Notes: generated from the sequence alone by a model not told the origin. A stretch of 64,000 bases of DNA from Amphiscolops sp. MND2022 (GCA_964187785.1 OZ076409.1:20710001-20774000), one strand, 5' to 3'. Counted from the first letter of the stretch, positions 1 through 14,650 are shown. Numbers and translations are program-made.

Positions 1-1440
1 GTGAAATTGGAAACTCATATCAAGTGCTAACTGATGCTAATTTGATATCAGCAAGTTCAGTTCACGGCTCAAAGAGCGTCTCAGTGAAATTGATAACACA
101 TTGATTTCTCTGATATTGGCCATTAACACTATTACACCAAAAGAACGTTGAATCAACTAAGCTGTATCAAAACCAAGTTAATGCGGAACTGTTTATTGAG
201 AAACAGTAATTGCCAACAAAACAAAATTGATGGAGTGTAATCAATGCGGAGTTATAAAACTTGGGTACGGCGGAGTCTACTACACATTTTATACAGTCAT
301 AAAAAGTGGAATGACTTCTTGGCGATGATCTGGCAGGATGCATAAGTGTTGTATGTTAGAATTGAAATGAGGGCCCAAAGGTTGACATAATAGGAACAAA
401 CAGTGTCTAATGTCGAGGTTAGTAATTTCAAACAACTTGAAAACTAATTTCAAAAGCAACTAGAGACAAATCCTTCCCAAGAGAGTACTCCTTTGATGAG
501 AACGTTCAGGGTATCTGCGAAGTAACGTCTGTAAAGTTAACACATTTTACCTTGAAATCTGAGAACCAGAAACACAGGATGTTCTGTCCATTTTTCGATT
601 GCGAGCACCAGTACATTTAATTGTAACCTAAAATTCAGGTTTATATCATACTTCATAATTGAACGTAGCACCACCAAGAAAGGAATATAACAAGCATAAC
701 ATAATTTTCTCTATTTGTAACGTCAACCACCTAGCAGAGTACATCATAGAAGTGGGACAATGCCTAGATTGCTTGAACAGGAGACCAGTGTCTTACTACA
801 ACCTAGACATTAGTTTTTAATCCCAAAATGGTCTCCTAAAAGGGACTTTTCCTATACGCCTAAGGAGTCTCCTCAGTTAGAGCTCCGAGGCGACGTGCCG
901 GCTCTCTCAAAGTCCGGACACGTCCCACAAGCCTGTAAAAACAATTCCTAATGTTCCTGCGTGTTCCTACATACCTCCGAGGTCCAAAAACAAGGGTTTA
1001 GCCAAAGTGTATTCAATTAGTGAATAACGTCTAAACTGGGTGAAATAAGGGGTAAAACATCACCAAACATCTACAAAAACCGCAAATATGGTACAATAGA
1101 TTCAGAAAACATCAGGCGTCAGTGTCAGCGAGCCTTGGTCTTGGACCTACTAGGTGGCACACGCAAAATATGCGAACTTCTGAGTTTCTTCATCTCTTGG
1201 GCCATTCTTCGGGTTCTGCTGGCAGCTGGGACGTCTTCCGAGGGAGATGGCACAACACGGCGATTTCGGGGATACTTCTGTGACGGTGTGTTCTCTCTCG
1301 GGTAGGGTGGGGGTGGTTTGCACTTTTTTTCATCATCCTTTTCAATTTTCAGTACCTGTCAGGTCGGCCATCTTGATTTAGAAATTTTGCTATCGCACTT
1401 TTCATCGAATTTTTGTGACGTCTTTTTGCTGGACGTTACA
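1..1440. repeat. Copy 1 of a ~1.4 kb near-identical direct repeat (copy 2 at 5100-6495); begins before the window
   Basis: GTGAAATTGGAAACTCATATC at 1 and 5100; copies match to ...GGACGTTACA; ORFs at 1318 and 6373 nearly identical; copy 2 has a 44-bp deletion (offset 5099 becomes 5055). Confidence 0.95.
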
Positions 1441-4400
1441 TCCTCCCCGGGCCGTAGTTTGTCGTCCTCGACAAACGAAAGTGGATGTTCACGTCTTGGT
1501 TGCCATCATCCAGTGATCCAGTGATGCTGTTGTGACATAGTACTTCAGGAATCTAAATGGAAGTCATTGCCCAAGAACATGTTATTGCCCAAAAACACTA
1601 GTTTTTGCCAGCCTAGCAGGTTTCCTTGGATTCCACACCAACAATGGGTTCTAGCGCTGGAATAGCGTTAGCAACTTTAGACACTTAGCCTTTTATTCAA
1701 AACATTTTCAAACTTTTAATTTCGCACCAAGATTTCAAAATTTCTAGCACCTTATTGCACCTGCATAAAAAGCACTAATCACAACAGGTTTGGCACTGGC
1801 CAGGGGCCCACCTGATAGGTTAGGTTTTACAAAATGCACGATAGCACTTGAAAAGCGAAAAATTAAAGTAACGGCTGTGGTCTTGCAAAAGTGTCGTAGT
1901 TCATAGCCAACAGAGACTGCACAATAAAAAGCACAAATAGAGAAATAGATCCCAAAAAATCAAAAATATCACCAAAAGCGAGGACCCATTCAATCTATTG
2001 AGTTAGCAGTGTACTGTACGCTCAGATAAAGGTGTTGTGTAGGTAATATAGGCACAAGTGTATATGTAAAAGATGGAAATAAACTGCTTTTCAAGAGGAT
2101 GATTATGTCGATAGCGATGATAGACTATGACCGAGGGAAGTTAAAAAATCAGGTATAGTGGATCATTAAAACAATGAAAACAGTCTTTGGCATTGAAAAC
2201 AAGTTTCAGAGCAATCATTCGAGTTCTAAAAGCACGGCCGCAGGCCAAGCAGTTCTCAGAGCTTCGAAGCTCTAGGTGTTTCATCATGCTTGGTGTTGAT
2301 TCCTTTCGGCAGAGTACTGGTGCTCCCCGGGCCAATCTCTTGTCCGGTGTTTTCACATCGATATGGTTCATGCAACTGTGGTACCGAGTACCGATGTTCA
2401 CCTTAGGCATGAATCGAGCAACGAACATTGATTTTTGAGAAGCCTGCTTGGCTACAGATGTTAGATTGTCTGAAAACTCCGTTTGTCACTCATGCTGCGA
2501 TGTTTCTGGAGGGCACAAGTAATAACAAAAATGTGATTAGAGACTACGGGTAGTCTTTGGGGTGAGTAGGAGGAGAGACACTGAGTTTGAAGTGGTTTTT
2601 TGCCTTACGATCGTAGTACGATCAGAAAAAACGTTCTTTTTCAACTATGGTAGTCACTTGTGTACTTGTTGTTCTGTTTTGAGACGCACTGCGTTCAAAG
2701 ACCAAACCTCTAAAAGTGCCTATAAACGTGCTCCAGCACCCACGGGGTACACAAAACATCGAGCATGCATGTTCACAATGGATAGATTGCACTTGGGTGA
2801 CTTTGATAGCAGTCAGGAAGCGAGTTTCCATTTTCGGTTTTTCACCTCTATGTCTCGTAGACCGGTTTTCTCAGAGACCCGACATCTTAGGGTCAGCTTA
2901 GCACTAAACAAAGTAATTCAAGAAGATGTCCTGAGGGCGCTTGGTATGCTAATCGGGTCGTCTTGGCCCTCACTGGTACGTACACTGAGAAAAACTTTGT
3001 GATTTTTTGCAAAATTTCCCAAAATCAACAATTTTTTCGTCAACATGCACCTCCGGGGAAGGTGAAAATCACTTCTAGCGCTGCTAGCGACCTGAAAATT
3101 TCACACCATCTAATACACTGACTGAATCGTGGGGAACAAACCTCCGATTGCGCTAAAATTGACCCTGTGTGTGTCGCGGTCTTTTGACAATGTTCACTGA
3201 AAATTTGACTATGTCGTGAAGTTCACAAAAAGTGGTCAAACTCGCCTTCTAGGCGTCCCAGCTACCTGAAATTTTGCAGGTGAGCGTAACTTTTGCCCAC
3301 GTAACAGAAAAACACGGCGTCGAGGTGCCTGAATTAGTATCTGGCGATTTGAAGTGACAAAACCTTGATGTACCAGAGGTACCACTTTTTCGGGTCAAAA
3401 ATCTCAAAAATGTCAATTTCTCAGCTTTGGCTAGTAGCCGGCTGCTCAAATTGCACAAATCGTCGTGATCTAGTGCCGTGCACACGAAAATGCAAGAATT
3501 TCAGTGTTGGGATACCTGCGAGGTATTGCACTATGCTCAACTAAAATTCAAATTTTTCGACATTTTCACACGATTTTTGAGCAAAACTTCGGCTAAGATT
3601 TCTCGATCACTAGTAATGCTAGCGCTACGAAAATTACACCACTATCGTAACTTTTTATGGTCTACACGCTGGTGCAATCCGTTTGAGGCTGCTCCTACTA
3701 GGAGAGATTTCGACCTGTGCTGGAAGCACAACTACATGGTTCCCAAAATGTCGCAAAAATAACGCGTTTTCGGCTATTTCTCAATAACCACTGGTTGGAA
3801 TCACTCGCGGTTTTCTGCGTTTGTGACGTTGCACTCTATAATAACAGAAAATAGGCAAGCGAAACCTGGTAGGTTCCAAATAAGGTCTCTCAAAAAATTC
3901 TCAAGTTACACCTTTTACATTCTGGGAACAATGTGAAATATACGTATTTTCCCTAGCAACTTTTCATTTCTCGGTTCCCAGATGTTCGGGATAGTTCTAA
4001 ACGTAACGTATTAAGGTGTAATAACTTTATTCACGGGACTGGGATTGTTTCAATTATTAGTTTTGATGTTATAACTCTCAGGTCTATGGGGTCCTCTACT
4101 CAGGTCTATGTATATCGAAGAAAATCAGAAGTTAAAGTGTCAATTTATATTGGGGAATGCTAACAATCGTCTTGGCAGTAGTGTTTTGTACTACCAAGCT
4201 TGGGAACAACGTTTTTGGGCTGATCTCAAAGCTTGGGAACAAGTGCCCAAGGCTTCGCCCTCACCAATTTTGGTCTTTTAGGCCAAAATTGATGTTTTCT
4301 CTATAAAAATCGCTAATTTTCTCAATGTTTTAACAATTTAGCCCAAGCAATTTTTCGGTTCCTGACCTAGCAGGTCTGATGGAACGTTTTTTTTTATTCC

Positions 4401-5000
4401 CACTGGCCGTATCCTTTTCCACTAGATTTCAACTTTCAACACCTCAAAAATCGGTATTTGAGCTATATATGGTGTTATTTTCAAGGTTTTCGCGCTCAAA
4501 TTTTTAATCAACTGGTCTAAACACCCACAGGGTATTTTCCCCAGTTAATTTTAGTGAAAACAGGCCTGGGAGTATGCTTTTTGGGCCGATTATTAGCAAG
4601 AATTAGCAATATAACCCGATTGACGTGGGTATACGGCAACTGCAGGGGTGCTGGAGGTGTGATGTCGGAGGTGCTCACACACTGTCGTCAGCTAATTGGG
4701 GCCTTCAGCACTCGTCCTCCCGGTCCCCATACATTGCTAATTTACTGAAACGGAGCTACAAAACCCTTTATAACCAGTTCCGGATAGGCCGGATTAGCAT
4801 TTTCAACAGGTATTATCAAAATACAAGGGGTACGCTGTCTGAAATCGTCGATTTTCGGTTTCAGACCTCGGAAATACGCAGGACACGCAAAACAAACACT
4901 AGTACAGGGCCCACAGGGCTAGAATAAGGCAATAAAAACAATCTAGGACTCTCCTACCAGTTTTCCTAGATCCAGACCTAGCAGGGCCGGAAAGCAGGAA

Positions 5001-5097
5001 AATTCATATCATGCGAAAATTCATATCATGCGACAATTCATATCATGCGACAATCATATCATGCGACAATTCATATCATGCGACAATTCATATCATA
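5001..5097. repeat. 17-bp tandem array (AATTCATATCATGCGAC) x ~6
   Basis: Units directly visible, just upstream of repeat copy 2; could be a subterminal array of a DNA transposon (inference). Confidence 0.9.
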
Positions 5098-5099
5098 TA

Positions 5100-6495
5100 G
5101 TGAAATTGGAAACTCATATCAAGTGCTAACTGATGCTAATTTGATATCAGCAAGTTCAGTTCACGGCTCAAAGAGCGTCTCAGTGAAATTGATAACACAT
5201 TGATTTCTCTGATATTGGCCATTAACACTATTACACCAAAAGAACGTTGAATCAACTAAGCTGTATCAAAACCAAGTTAATGCGGAACTGTTTATTGAGA
5301 AACAGTAATTGCCAACAAAACAAAATTGATGGAGTGTAATCAATGCGGAGTTATAAAACTTGGGTACGGCGGAGTCTACTACACATTTTATACAGTCATA
5401 AAAAGTGGAATGACTTCTTGGCGATGATCTGGCAGGATGCATAAGTGTTGTATGTTAGAATTGAAGTGAGGGCCCAAAGGTTGACATAATAGGAACAAAC
5501 AGTGTCTAATGTCGAGGTTAGTAATTTCAAACAACTTGAAAACTAATTTCAAAAGCAACTAGAGACAAATCCTTCCCAAGAGAGTACTCCTTTGATGAGA
5601 ACGTTCAGGGTATCTGCGAAGTAACGTCTGTAAAGTTAACACATTTTACCTTGAAATCTGAGAACCAGAAACACAGGATGTTCTGTCCATTTTTCGATTG
5701 CGAGCACCAGTACATTTAATTGTAACCTAAAATTCAGGTTTATATCATACTTCATAATTGAACGTAGCACCACCAAGAAAGGAATATAACAAGCATAACA
5801 TAATTTTCTCTATTTGTAACGTCAACCACCTAGCAGAGTACATCATAGAAGTGGGACAATGCCTAGATTGCTTGAACAGGAGACCAGTGTCTTACTACAA
5901 CCTAGACATTAGTTTTTAATCCCAAAATGGTCTCCTAAAAGGGACTTTTCCTATACGCCTAAGGAGTCTCCTCAGTTAGAGCTCCGAGGCGACGTGCCGG
6001 CTCTCTCAAAGTCCGGACACGTCCCACAAGCCTGTAAAAACAATTCCTAATGTTCCTGCGTGTTCCTACATACCTCCGAGGTCCAAAAACAGGGGTGAAA
6101 TAAGGGGTAAAACATCACCAAACATCTACAAAAACCGCAAATATGGTACAATAGATTCAGAAAACATCAGGCGTCAGTGTCAGCGAGCCTTGGTCTTGGA
6201 CCTACTAGGTGGCACACGCAAAATATGCGAACTTCTGAGTTTCTTCATCTCTTGGGCCATTCTTCGGGTTCTGCTGGCAGCTGGGACGTCTTCCGAGGGA
6301 GATGGCACAACACGGCGATTTCGGGGATACTTCTGTGACGGTGTGTTCTCTCTCGGGTAGGGTGGGGGTGGTTTGCACTTTTTTTCATCATCCTTTTCAA
6401 TTTTCAGTGCCTGTCAGGTCGGCCATCTTGATTTAGAAATTTTGCTATCGCACATTTCATCGAGTTTTTGTGACGTCTTTTTGCTGGACGTTACA
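5100..6495. repeat. Copy 2 of the ~1.4 kb direct repeat
   Basis: Near identity to 1-1440; similarity ends abruptly at 6495. Confidence 0.95.
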
Positions 6496-7929
6496 ATTAT
6501 TGGTAAGTTTTATCACCCAGGTGTTGCCAACACGAGGTTTATCAGGTTGCTAATTTTCAAAACCTTACCAAGGTGATTGCTGCGATAAACTTAAATGTAC
6601 TGAGAAACTAGTGACCCTGTTCTGCACTGAGAGGGCGCCTAAAAACGGTGGATAAAAAATGTGACACCGACAAAGAGTTTGAGAAAATCAAAAGATCCGA
6701 AAACAGTTTGGACTGATTCCATGGATGAAGCACTGGTCTCAAGATCGAAAAATTGGATCTACCTGGAGCTATCAGAGGATGCAAAGGGTTTGGTAACAAG
6801 CCTTAATCTCAATGGAACAAAACAATTTTTTAAACGAAAAAAGCCATGTTGTAACTCCTCACTCGCCTATAATAAGTTCCAAAAACTACACAGCGAAACA
6901 AAAAATCTTTTCAAAGATTCACAAAAGCCACAAATGAGAATCATCTCAAAAGCAGAAGTGACATGGGGTTCAAAGAGACGTACTTGAAGACTTAGATCTC
7001 ACAGAATCAAAAAAGGAGTGGTGAAACTTATTCAAACAAGCAGATAAAACTATGACATTTATCGATTTAACATTTGATAAACATCATTGATACAGCTTTC
7101 ACAAACTCCAAGTCCTACAACAACACCAAAAAAATACTTTTGGATTACATTTTGGGACCAATCCAACTATTAGATGGTGTAGATTTGAAAGATATGCCAC
7201 ACTGCAACAAGAAAAACGAATCAAAAGACAATCTCACAACGACATTGTTCGGCACAATGGGAATGGTTTCTTTATTCGCTGCAATGAATGGTTACCGGGT
7301 AAATGTACTTGCTATAAAGTACTTTTTGCACATTTACGGCAGTTTTACTAGATTCTAGTTGGTTGTTTTTTAGTTATGTTCAACTCTGTCGGTCCACTGG
7401 ATGATTAGTGGCTGGCAGGCACGAGTAGAAAGTCTTTCATTATGCCATCTCCCCCAGATATGATGCCTACCATGGCACAAGATTAGTAATGACGATCACA
7501 GTCATCTGAGCGGGAAAAATTTAACTACTGAACTTATTTTGACCGAATGATGTACTATAGTAACGTTTTTGAAAGTAAGTTTGTAGAATTCCTCAAACTT
7601 TTATATGTGAGTAAGCCTGAAGAAGTTTTCTGTACATTTTATTAGCACTTTTTTCAAGACAAAACTTGCTCTGGATTCAAAAACGAGAAATTCAGCTCAT
7701 AATTGACTGAAGAGGGCATACTTGCTGTATACAAGCTTTCGATCACCGTCGGAAAGTACATATCCCGCTCAAGCGCTTTGCAATTTTCGCCTCCGCTATG
7801 CCTCTACTTCAGCTCGACCTCACTGAGCAAGATGTCTGTTGGCGGCTGCAAACGACAGCGGGCCCTGTATATGTGGAAATGTGGTCTCAAGGTTATTTTT
7901 TTTAAAAAGAAAACACAGAAACAAAAATA

Positions 7930-10900
7930 AAACAATCTATTTAAAATAGGTAGTGTACATACGATTTGAGAAAATTGAGAAAGTTAAAAAGAAGAGCGAC
8001 ACACAATATTAAATTTAGTAACTCTCGCCAACATTTTTAAATTAGTTCTGCTGAAAATTTCCGCTTACTAGGCAAGGTGTTCCACAAGACAGGTGCTTTA
8101 ATGAAAAACGATTGTTTCATGAAGTCAACTTGGGCTCTTAGGCCGAGGGCGAGTTTTTTTCTTGTTTCATTTTCGGTTATTTTGTTAGATAAAAATGTTT
8201 GATTTCCGGTTTAGGCGTGAACAAAGTGGTTTTTCCATTTGCAAAAATAGCAGTTCATTTTCAAGTCGAAAAATAATTGCACTTATATAAATTTGTGTTC
8301 AATTTTAGATAACTTGAAGATTCAATTTTATTCTTGTAGAAAACTGCTTTTATTCCCCAGTTCAGTTGTCTTTCTACGGTGGTCTTCCAATTTCGGCCAA
8401 TTCCATTGAGTAAAATAGATGAGTACTGAAGTTGACTTACTACAAGTTCATTGAGAACTAAAATTGTGATTCTTCTCAGGAAAAAGACCTCTGATCGAAC
8501 AAAGAGTTCCTATGTTGCAAGGTAATTTCTTGAGAATATTCTTAACTTCAATTTGGTAGGTGAGCGTTTCATCTAATAGGATTCCAAGATGCTTAATTGT
8601 TTTGCTGTGGCTGACTATTTGATTTGAAACAGTTAATTCATTTTATTCTGATTCTTCAATTTTTTGGAGAGAACGATGAATTGAATTTTATTAGCATTTC
8701 AATTCAATTGAAAACTCCTTTCATAAAATATCACTAAGTTTCCTATGACAATTTCCATCTGAACAATTCCGACTTCTATGTCTCCATTGGAAGCGAATCA
8801 AAAAGTATCGCATGTGTATTGAACAATTTTCACTGGCTCTGTTTAATGCACTGAGATGACATATTGAACAACAGAGGAACTAAAATTGTCCCTTGTGGCA
8901 CACCTTCACACAAATTTATCCAATCTGAGCAAACAGTTTTAAGAAATTTTCTGGTTCCTGTATGTCAAAAGTATTCAGATCATTAAAATTGAATTCCTTC
9001 AAATTTGAGTTTTCTAGCTTGTGCAGCAAAAGTTCGTGGGAAATCGAATCGAACACATGCAGCTGCTACAATTTTTTTGTCGTCTTTTTGCTCCAAATAT
9101 TTTCAGCGCATGAATTAAAGCATCAGCTGTTGGCATTTTTTCTGAAACCGAACTGACTGGGACAATATATGTTATTTCTGTTGAGATATTCAGTAATGTG
9201 CCCTTTCTATCTTTTCTTGAAGGTTTTGCTAATGCTGACGGATTTGATGTGTGTCGGTAAATTTCTGGATCTTCTGCATCACCACTCTTGAAATTTGGTG
9301 GTTAATGGGATATTTTCAATTGTTGTAGGAAAGATGCTTCAAAAATAAAAACACTGATAAGAAACTGGAGCGGTTCCGCAATTTTCATACAATCTTTCAG
9401 CGCTCAAACTGGAATGTTAGACGTCCCCAGAGGTTGATTTGAGTTCAATTCCTCAAATGCTTTTTTACACAAAAAAGCTTATGGGTTGAAACCTGAAAGA
9501 TGTCGATGCAAGCAAAAACATAGGAGTAGGTATAGTTCTCTTCGATAATAGTCGCCCAATTTGGAAAAGTGGTAATTTATTAGATTGGCAACCCGCTTTT
9601 AGTCGATAATGATAGCTCCGAATCTCTTTTTCAATGTTTTTTTTGGATGTTTTAGTTTTCTTCGAATTTCTAACTACTGAAACGAATTTTCATCTTTTTC
9701 TATACGTTTGTTGATCCTCAAAAATTGATTTTCAATAGCTTTTCCAATCAAAATTGTACTTTTCCCAACATTTGCTGTATATCACCTTGTATGAAGGCTT
9801 TTCAATGTCTGGATCTTTTCCTATTCGGTAGTGAAGACGCTTTGTTTCCTGTTTGAACCACTTTGATTAGCTGTCATTTAGCTCTTATCAATTCGGATAA
9901 AACTTTCGTTTTCGGAGTAATTTTTTAAATTGCATTTTCAAAAAACGCTAACAAAAACAGTGTACGTATCTTATGCACAAGATTGTTCATCAAAACAACT
10001 TCAGTTGCTGTTTTCTATAAAAAGACGTAAGTTGTCTTCACAATTACTAGTAGGAAAACCTTTGGAGGCTCCGAAATGTAGGTCACAAACTGTACACCTT
10101 CCGAGTGATCTGTTGCAAGGAAGCCAATTAGGTCTGAGAATTATCCTTGTTTGCATTGCGGTATTCAAAATTTCCCATCGATTGGGTACCATCATACTAT
10201 CCAAAAAATCTTTTTCATTTTAAGTAAACTAGTTTCTTTTATAGTCTTCCAGAAGAATATTTGGTTTGTTTTCAGTAATTGCACGGTCTATACTAGGGGA
10301 CAGCTCTTCCAAAAACCAAGCGGTCAGGCTTTTTTAGAGTTGTAACTGATGTTAATCATTTACTTCTGCTTCCTTTATGTATCAGTTGCCAGATTGCTTT
10401 CGATCCTAAAACTTTCGAACCTACTTGCATCAATGCAATTCAGATCTTTTCCAAGTTTTGAATTGAGAGATTTTGGCACTAGTAAGATATCCCCGCCTCC
10501 TCAATCCTTCTGCGATAAGTGTTATGACATCGGTTCAATTTGAGATGATCACTGTTGAAATTCCCAAGTGTTTCGTCATCTCAGGATCCTAGTAAGGATT
10601 CTGAAAGACCATAAATAGTATTTGTTCCTAAATTGTTCAGAATTTAATGCATTGTAGTTTTCTTTCTTATGAGGTTTTGACTGCTCACGTGGAAAACTGT
10701 CAACTTTTTCTAAATTCGTTGAAAATTGATTCGAGATCTATGTACACAATTGCAGATCCAGGGTTTAATTCCGCATCGCCTGATATCAAAAGACTTTCAG
10801 AATTATCTGGTTTCTTTTGTGGTACAAAAAAAAGCATTAGAGATATTCCTAAATAGCTTATGTTTGAACCAATGAAGCGAAGAACGAAAAAAAATGAAAT

Positions 10901-11950
10901 GTCATTTGGATGATGTTATTCAAAGAAATGCGTTATTTCTTGTAGTCATATTTTTTCTCAATTCTTCTATTCATGTAGAAGTAGGTGTTCTCTGGGTGGT
11001 ATCGACAAGCAGATTGAGTTCTATAGTTTTAGTAGTTCGTATAGTTAATGTGAAATTGGCTGCAAAATGGTTGTTTCCGCGGCAAACAGTTGTTATAGGT
11101 GGTATACATGCTGTGAAAACTGCTCCGAGTTGGGTGACTCCACGGTATGTTGGAGTAATGGAGAAGTACACATCTTTTCACAATGTTGCAATGAAAAGGT
11201 AGTCCAAATTGATAATGAAAATGAATAATATCAAAATAGAGATTTTTCATCCTTTTGGAGTTTTTGATTTCTTTGCATTACAGCACAAGTTCTGCATTAG
11301 GAACTTCATGGAATAAAATTTGTAATTGTGAATTCACCTCAACAATCTTTCCATTGACGTCGGAACTTTCCGATGCTTGACTTGAGAGGAGGATTTTAAC
11401 ACCTGAGTTTTTTCTCAGGTCCAAAAGTTTGTGAGATAGAGTAAAAAAACTTTGTTGCCCTTTGATACTTTGATCGCCTGTTTTCCCCTCTCCTTCAAAA
11501 TTGTTTTTTTTCCATCTTGTGAAACTAAGGAAACGTTACTTTTTTGAACGCTTCAAATGCTTAAATTGACAAGGAAGGCTTCATTGAATCATTGATTTGA
11601 ACAAATTTATCTTCAGTTTTGCTCCCAGGGTAAGCATGGAGACATCTTCCCGAAACGTATCCGAGTTCATGCGTTTCAGAATACCGGAAACCAGAAAGAG
11701 GTTTTTCGTAACAGATGACAAGACGTAGGGTTTTCGTACGTTCGGGTATCTTACTCGTTGTTCTTTCGTATTGTCCGTTTTGTTTTGTTTGGGTTCTGCT
11801 TTATCAGAAAAAAAGAAAACGTTCGACAAACAGTTTTGTAGTATCTTTCGTTGACGACAAAAATTCCAAAAGAGGGTCTTTCATGAGGGCGTTTTGTTGG
11901 GAGTTGTTGTGATACTCTTCATAAACACGATATTTTTATTCTTTCGTAAA
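7930..11950 (-). mobile_element. Degenerate CR1/L2-group LINE: APE endonuclease + RT, probable SGNH/esterase-type ORF1
   Basis: Minus-strand motifs: IYGLSES (~10610), LATDHS (~10110), GVPQGTIL (~8890), degenerate YADD (~8810), C-terminal KAPVLWNTLP (~8090); ORF1 remnants (HAYPGSKT; YFDIIHF as DxxH); many stops and frameshifts; ends approximate. Confidence 0.8.
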
Positions 11951-12559
11951 CTTCTTGAATGATTCAAATGCTACAATTGGCTTCTTTGAATCATTGATTT
12001 AAACAGTTTGAGCTTTTTAGGTAACGCAGTTCAATGTTTAAAAGCTGAAGCGAAGTTTTAATACGAGATCTGTTTGTAAACACGACCAATTCGTGAGGCT
12101 GTTGTGTGTTGTGATGATTGGCCTTTTTAGGCGCTATTTTCTTGAAATAATTCTACAAACCTAGTTACGTTTTCCATAGGTTTGCCTTCTACAACAATGA
12201 TAAGTTTGTAAAAGTTTTTTCTAAAATTTTACTGCCGCTTTCTGCAAAGTTGCAATCATCACACTAGTCTCTGCAAACATCACATACACCGAACTTTGGC
12301 AAAAAGTCCTGCAATTAGATACAGATAACACATACCTTCTTTCAAATGACTTCCAACAGATTGAAAAACGATTTCTTCAATGAACGTTTTGTCCACATTT
12401 TTCAATTGTACAATGAACACACAGACTGTAAAATAGAAACAATACTGCATTAAAAGCAAGACACAGGAGGCTATACTACCAGCACCAAAAATAGCCGACA
12501 AGACTTATGTAACAAAATACAACGAGAAAGTCGAAACCACAAACAAAATGTTTAACTCT

Positions 12560-13550
12560 GTACCCACAAATAAGATTCCAATGTGTAAAGCCATCGAAGA
12601 GCATTCACAAATAATCAGATAACCTTTGCTTCACCACTAAATCAGTTTTGAAAAATTAGCAGCGCTTGACACAACGAAAGCTCTTGTTCCTGAAACCTTA
12701 TACAGTCGGGTTCTTTATGAAACACAGAATGAAATTGCAATGACACTGAGCTCTATATTCCAGAATTCATGGGTCATTATTCAAACTCCAAAAGATTGGA
12801 ATTATGCAACGATTTTTGGCAATGAATTGGCAACATCGTACTTCACCTACCACTTCACGAGCTACTTAGAATACTAGCCAAAGCTTTTGATTGCATACGA
12901 GACTTCCTATGCTAAAGAAAACAGCGAATTGTAATTAACGAAAGTTGCTCGAAGTGGTCAACACGTAGAACTGGTGTTCGCCAGGGTTCAGCCATAGGAC
13001 CTGTGCTCTCCACTTTTCTCATAAAGTTGTTTTGTTTGACTCCGTCTCCTCAAAAATGTTACTCCAGGTTTATGATGCGCCATACTTTAAAGGGCCGAAA
13101 TGAAAGATTAGGTGGCACCACAACTTCAGAACGAACTGGATGAACTTTAAACTCTGTCATATCGCATCGCGTTATGTATAGATGTAGTTTTGAAACATCA
13201 TTTCATTACACAGGATCATTTCATGAAATAAGTGTTCTGTATAACACTTTCTACAAAGAGATTTTCAATATGAACTGGACCAAAGGTAGTTTCCTGAAAT
13301 TCAACATGTCGAAGTGTGTCATCAGCATTCGGTAACAGGAAGATCTACGCAACCAGCGGTAAGCTACAGAATAATCGATGATAAACCTTTGACAAGTTTG
13401 CGAAATCAGAAACACCTCGTAATAAGCTTTGATTAACGACTATTCTTCAACGAGCATACTGCAAAGAAAACCAAGATAGCAAGCAGCGTAGTTGCAATAA
13501 GCGAACACAATACTTAAATTACTCTGTCAGAGCATTTGTCAGGACGCACC
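12560..13550 (+). mobile_element. Highly degenerate non-LTR (CR1-like) RT relic
   Basis: PKDWNYA (~12790), GVRQGSAIGPVL (~12975), LKFNMSKC (~13295), thumb-like FD..L.FNEH (~13430). Confidence 0.65.
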
Positions 13551-14085
13551 TAGTGTCTGAAATGGTTATTCGCTATTTCTCGGCACCCAGAAATTGGATC
13601 GATACCAAAATTGGCATGGATCCAGATAATTTTACCGCTGACTCAGCGCCCATAAAAACCCTTACTTTCTATTGAGGTTTAGACTATTGGCTCCGAGCCC
13701 TCAAAGTAACACCCTATCTCAATACATGGGGTTTCAGCAATCTACAGTAAAAACGCAAGATTCAAACTCCTTGTGTTTTTTGCCTGTATAACTTCTGGAC
13801 TTCATACTCTACGTGTACACAGTAATTTGGAACTGTTCCTGTTATTAAACAGAAATTTTTGACAAGTACAAAAATGGTATTTTCGACATTTTTTGGGTAA
13901 AAGGGCGAAGTAATGATTTGAGCAGAAAATGGTGATCACAAGGAAATTTTCAACAAACATCATACATCACTCAACAAGTCAAATTACTGAAGAAAGGCCT
14001 AAATTGAGCATGTTTAATCATTTTTAGACTCTACTAATGATTACTACAGTAAATAGACTGCATATTTGTTGAGATTGTTTGTATC

Positions 14086-14631
14086 TGTTGGCGCATGACA
14101 TCAAAATGATCGCGCAGTAATTATTAGTCCACTTAGCACAGTGGATCAGTCTTTGCCTTCAAACAGGTCTGCGCGAGTTCGAATCTGCGACAGTGCTCTT
14201 TTTAGTTTCTCTGTCCATTTATTCTTTCACCTTTAAATTTGATCAATCATTTTGCTTGACAACAATTACTTTGCTCATTTCATGTACAATATTTACCACC
14301 CATTGCTCACTATTGTAAACGTTGTTTTTACATACATGTAAACAACCAGTTGAGACTTTTTTGTTGCCCCTTTGGCTTTAAATGCCTAATTTGCTGGTTA
14401 ACAAGCTGCTAACAACCAGTTCCTCACTATTGTCTCTAACCTCACTCATTTATATTCATACCGTTACCGTGATAAGAAATCGTCAATAAACGTTATCAAT
14501 CTTAGTCTTCTTGTTTGAGAACAAGACCTCAATCTTTAGCTTGAACTCTATCTTTGAGTTCCCTCAATCTATCTAGTTTGAACTCTATCTTTGAGTTTCT
14601 CCGTATTAGCTTGAGAGCTACCCCCAAAACA
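14086..14631 (+). repeat. 5' LTR of young BEL/Pao element
   Basis: TG...CA termini; direct repeat of 19740-20285; followed by PBS. Confidence 0.97.
14128..14203 (+). promoter_or_regulatory. tRNA-like Pol III cassette in LTR (second copy ~19782-19857)
   Basis: A-box-like TAGCACAGTGG, B-box GAGTTCGAATC (14175-14185), followed by TTTTT; not a canonical cloverleaf. Confidence 0.6.
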
Positions 14632-14632
14632 T

Positions 14633-14650
14633 TGGAGACCTCGACGTGAT
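14633..14650 (+). promoter_or_regulatory. Primer binding site, tRNA-Trp-like
   Basis: TGGAGACCTCGACGTGAT 1 nt after the LTR; 16/18 match to the recalled tRNA-Trp PBS TGGTGACCCCGACGTGAT. Confidence 0.75.

Noticed and set aside
5001..5097. CRISPR-like array
   Set aside because: Units are contiguous with no unique spacers; eukaryotic context; no cas genes
6600..7900. Short ORFs as host exons or a transposase fragment
   Set aside because: No recognisable domain or consistent splice pattern
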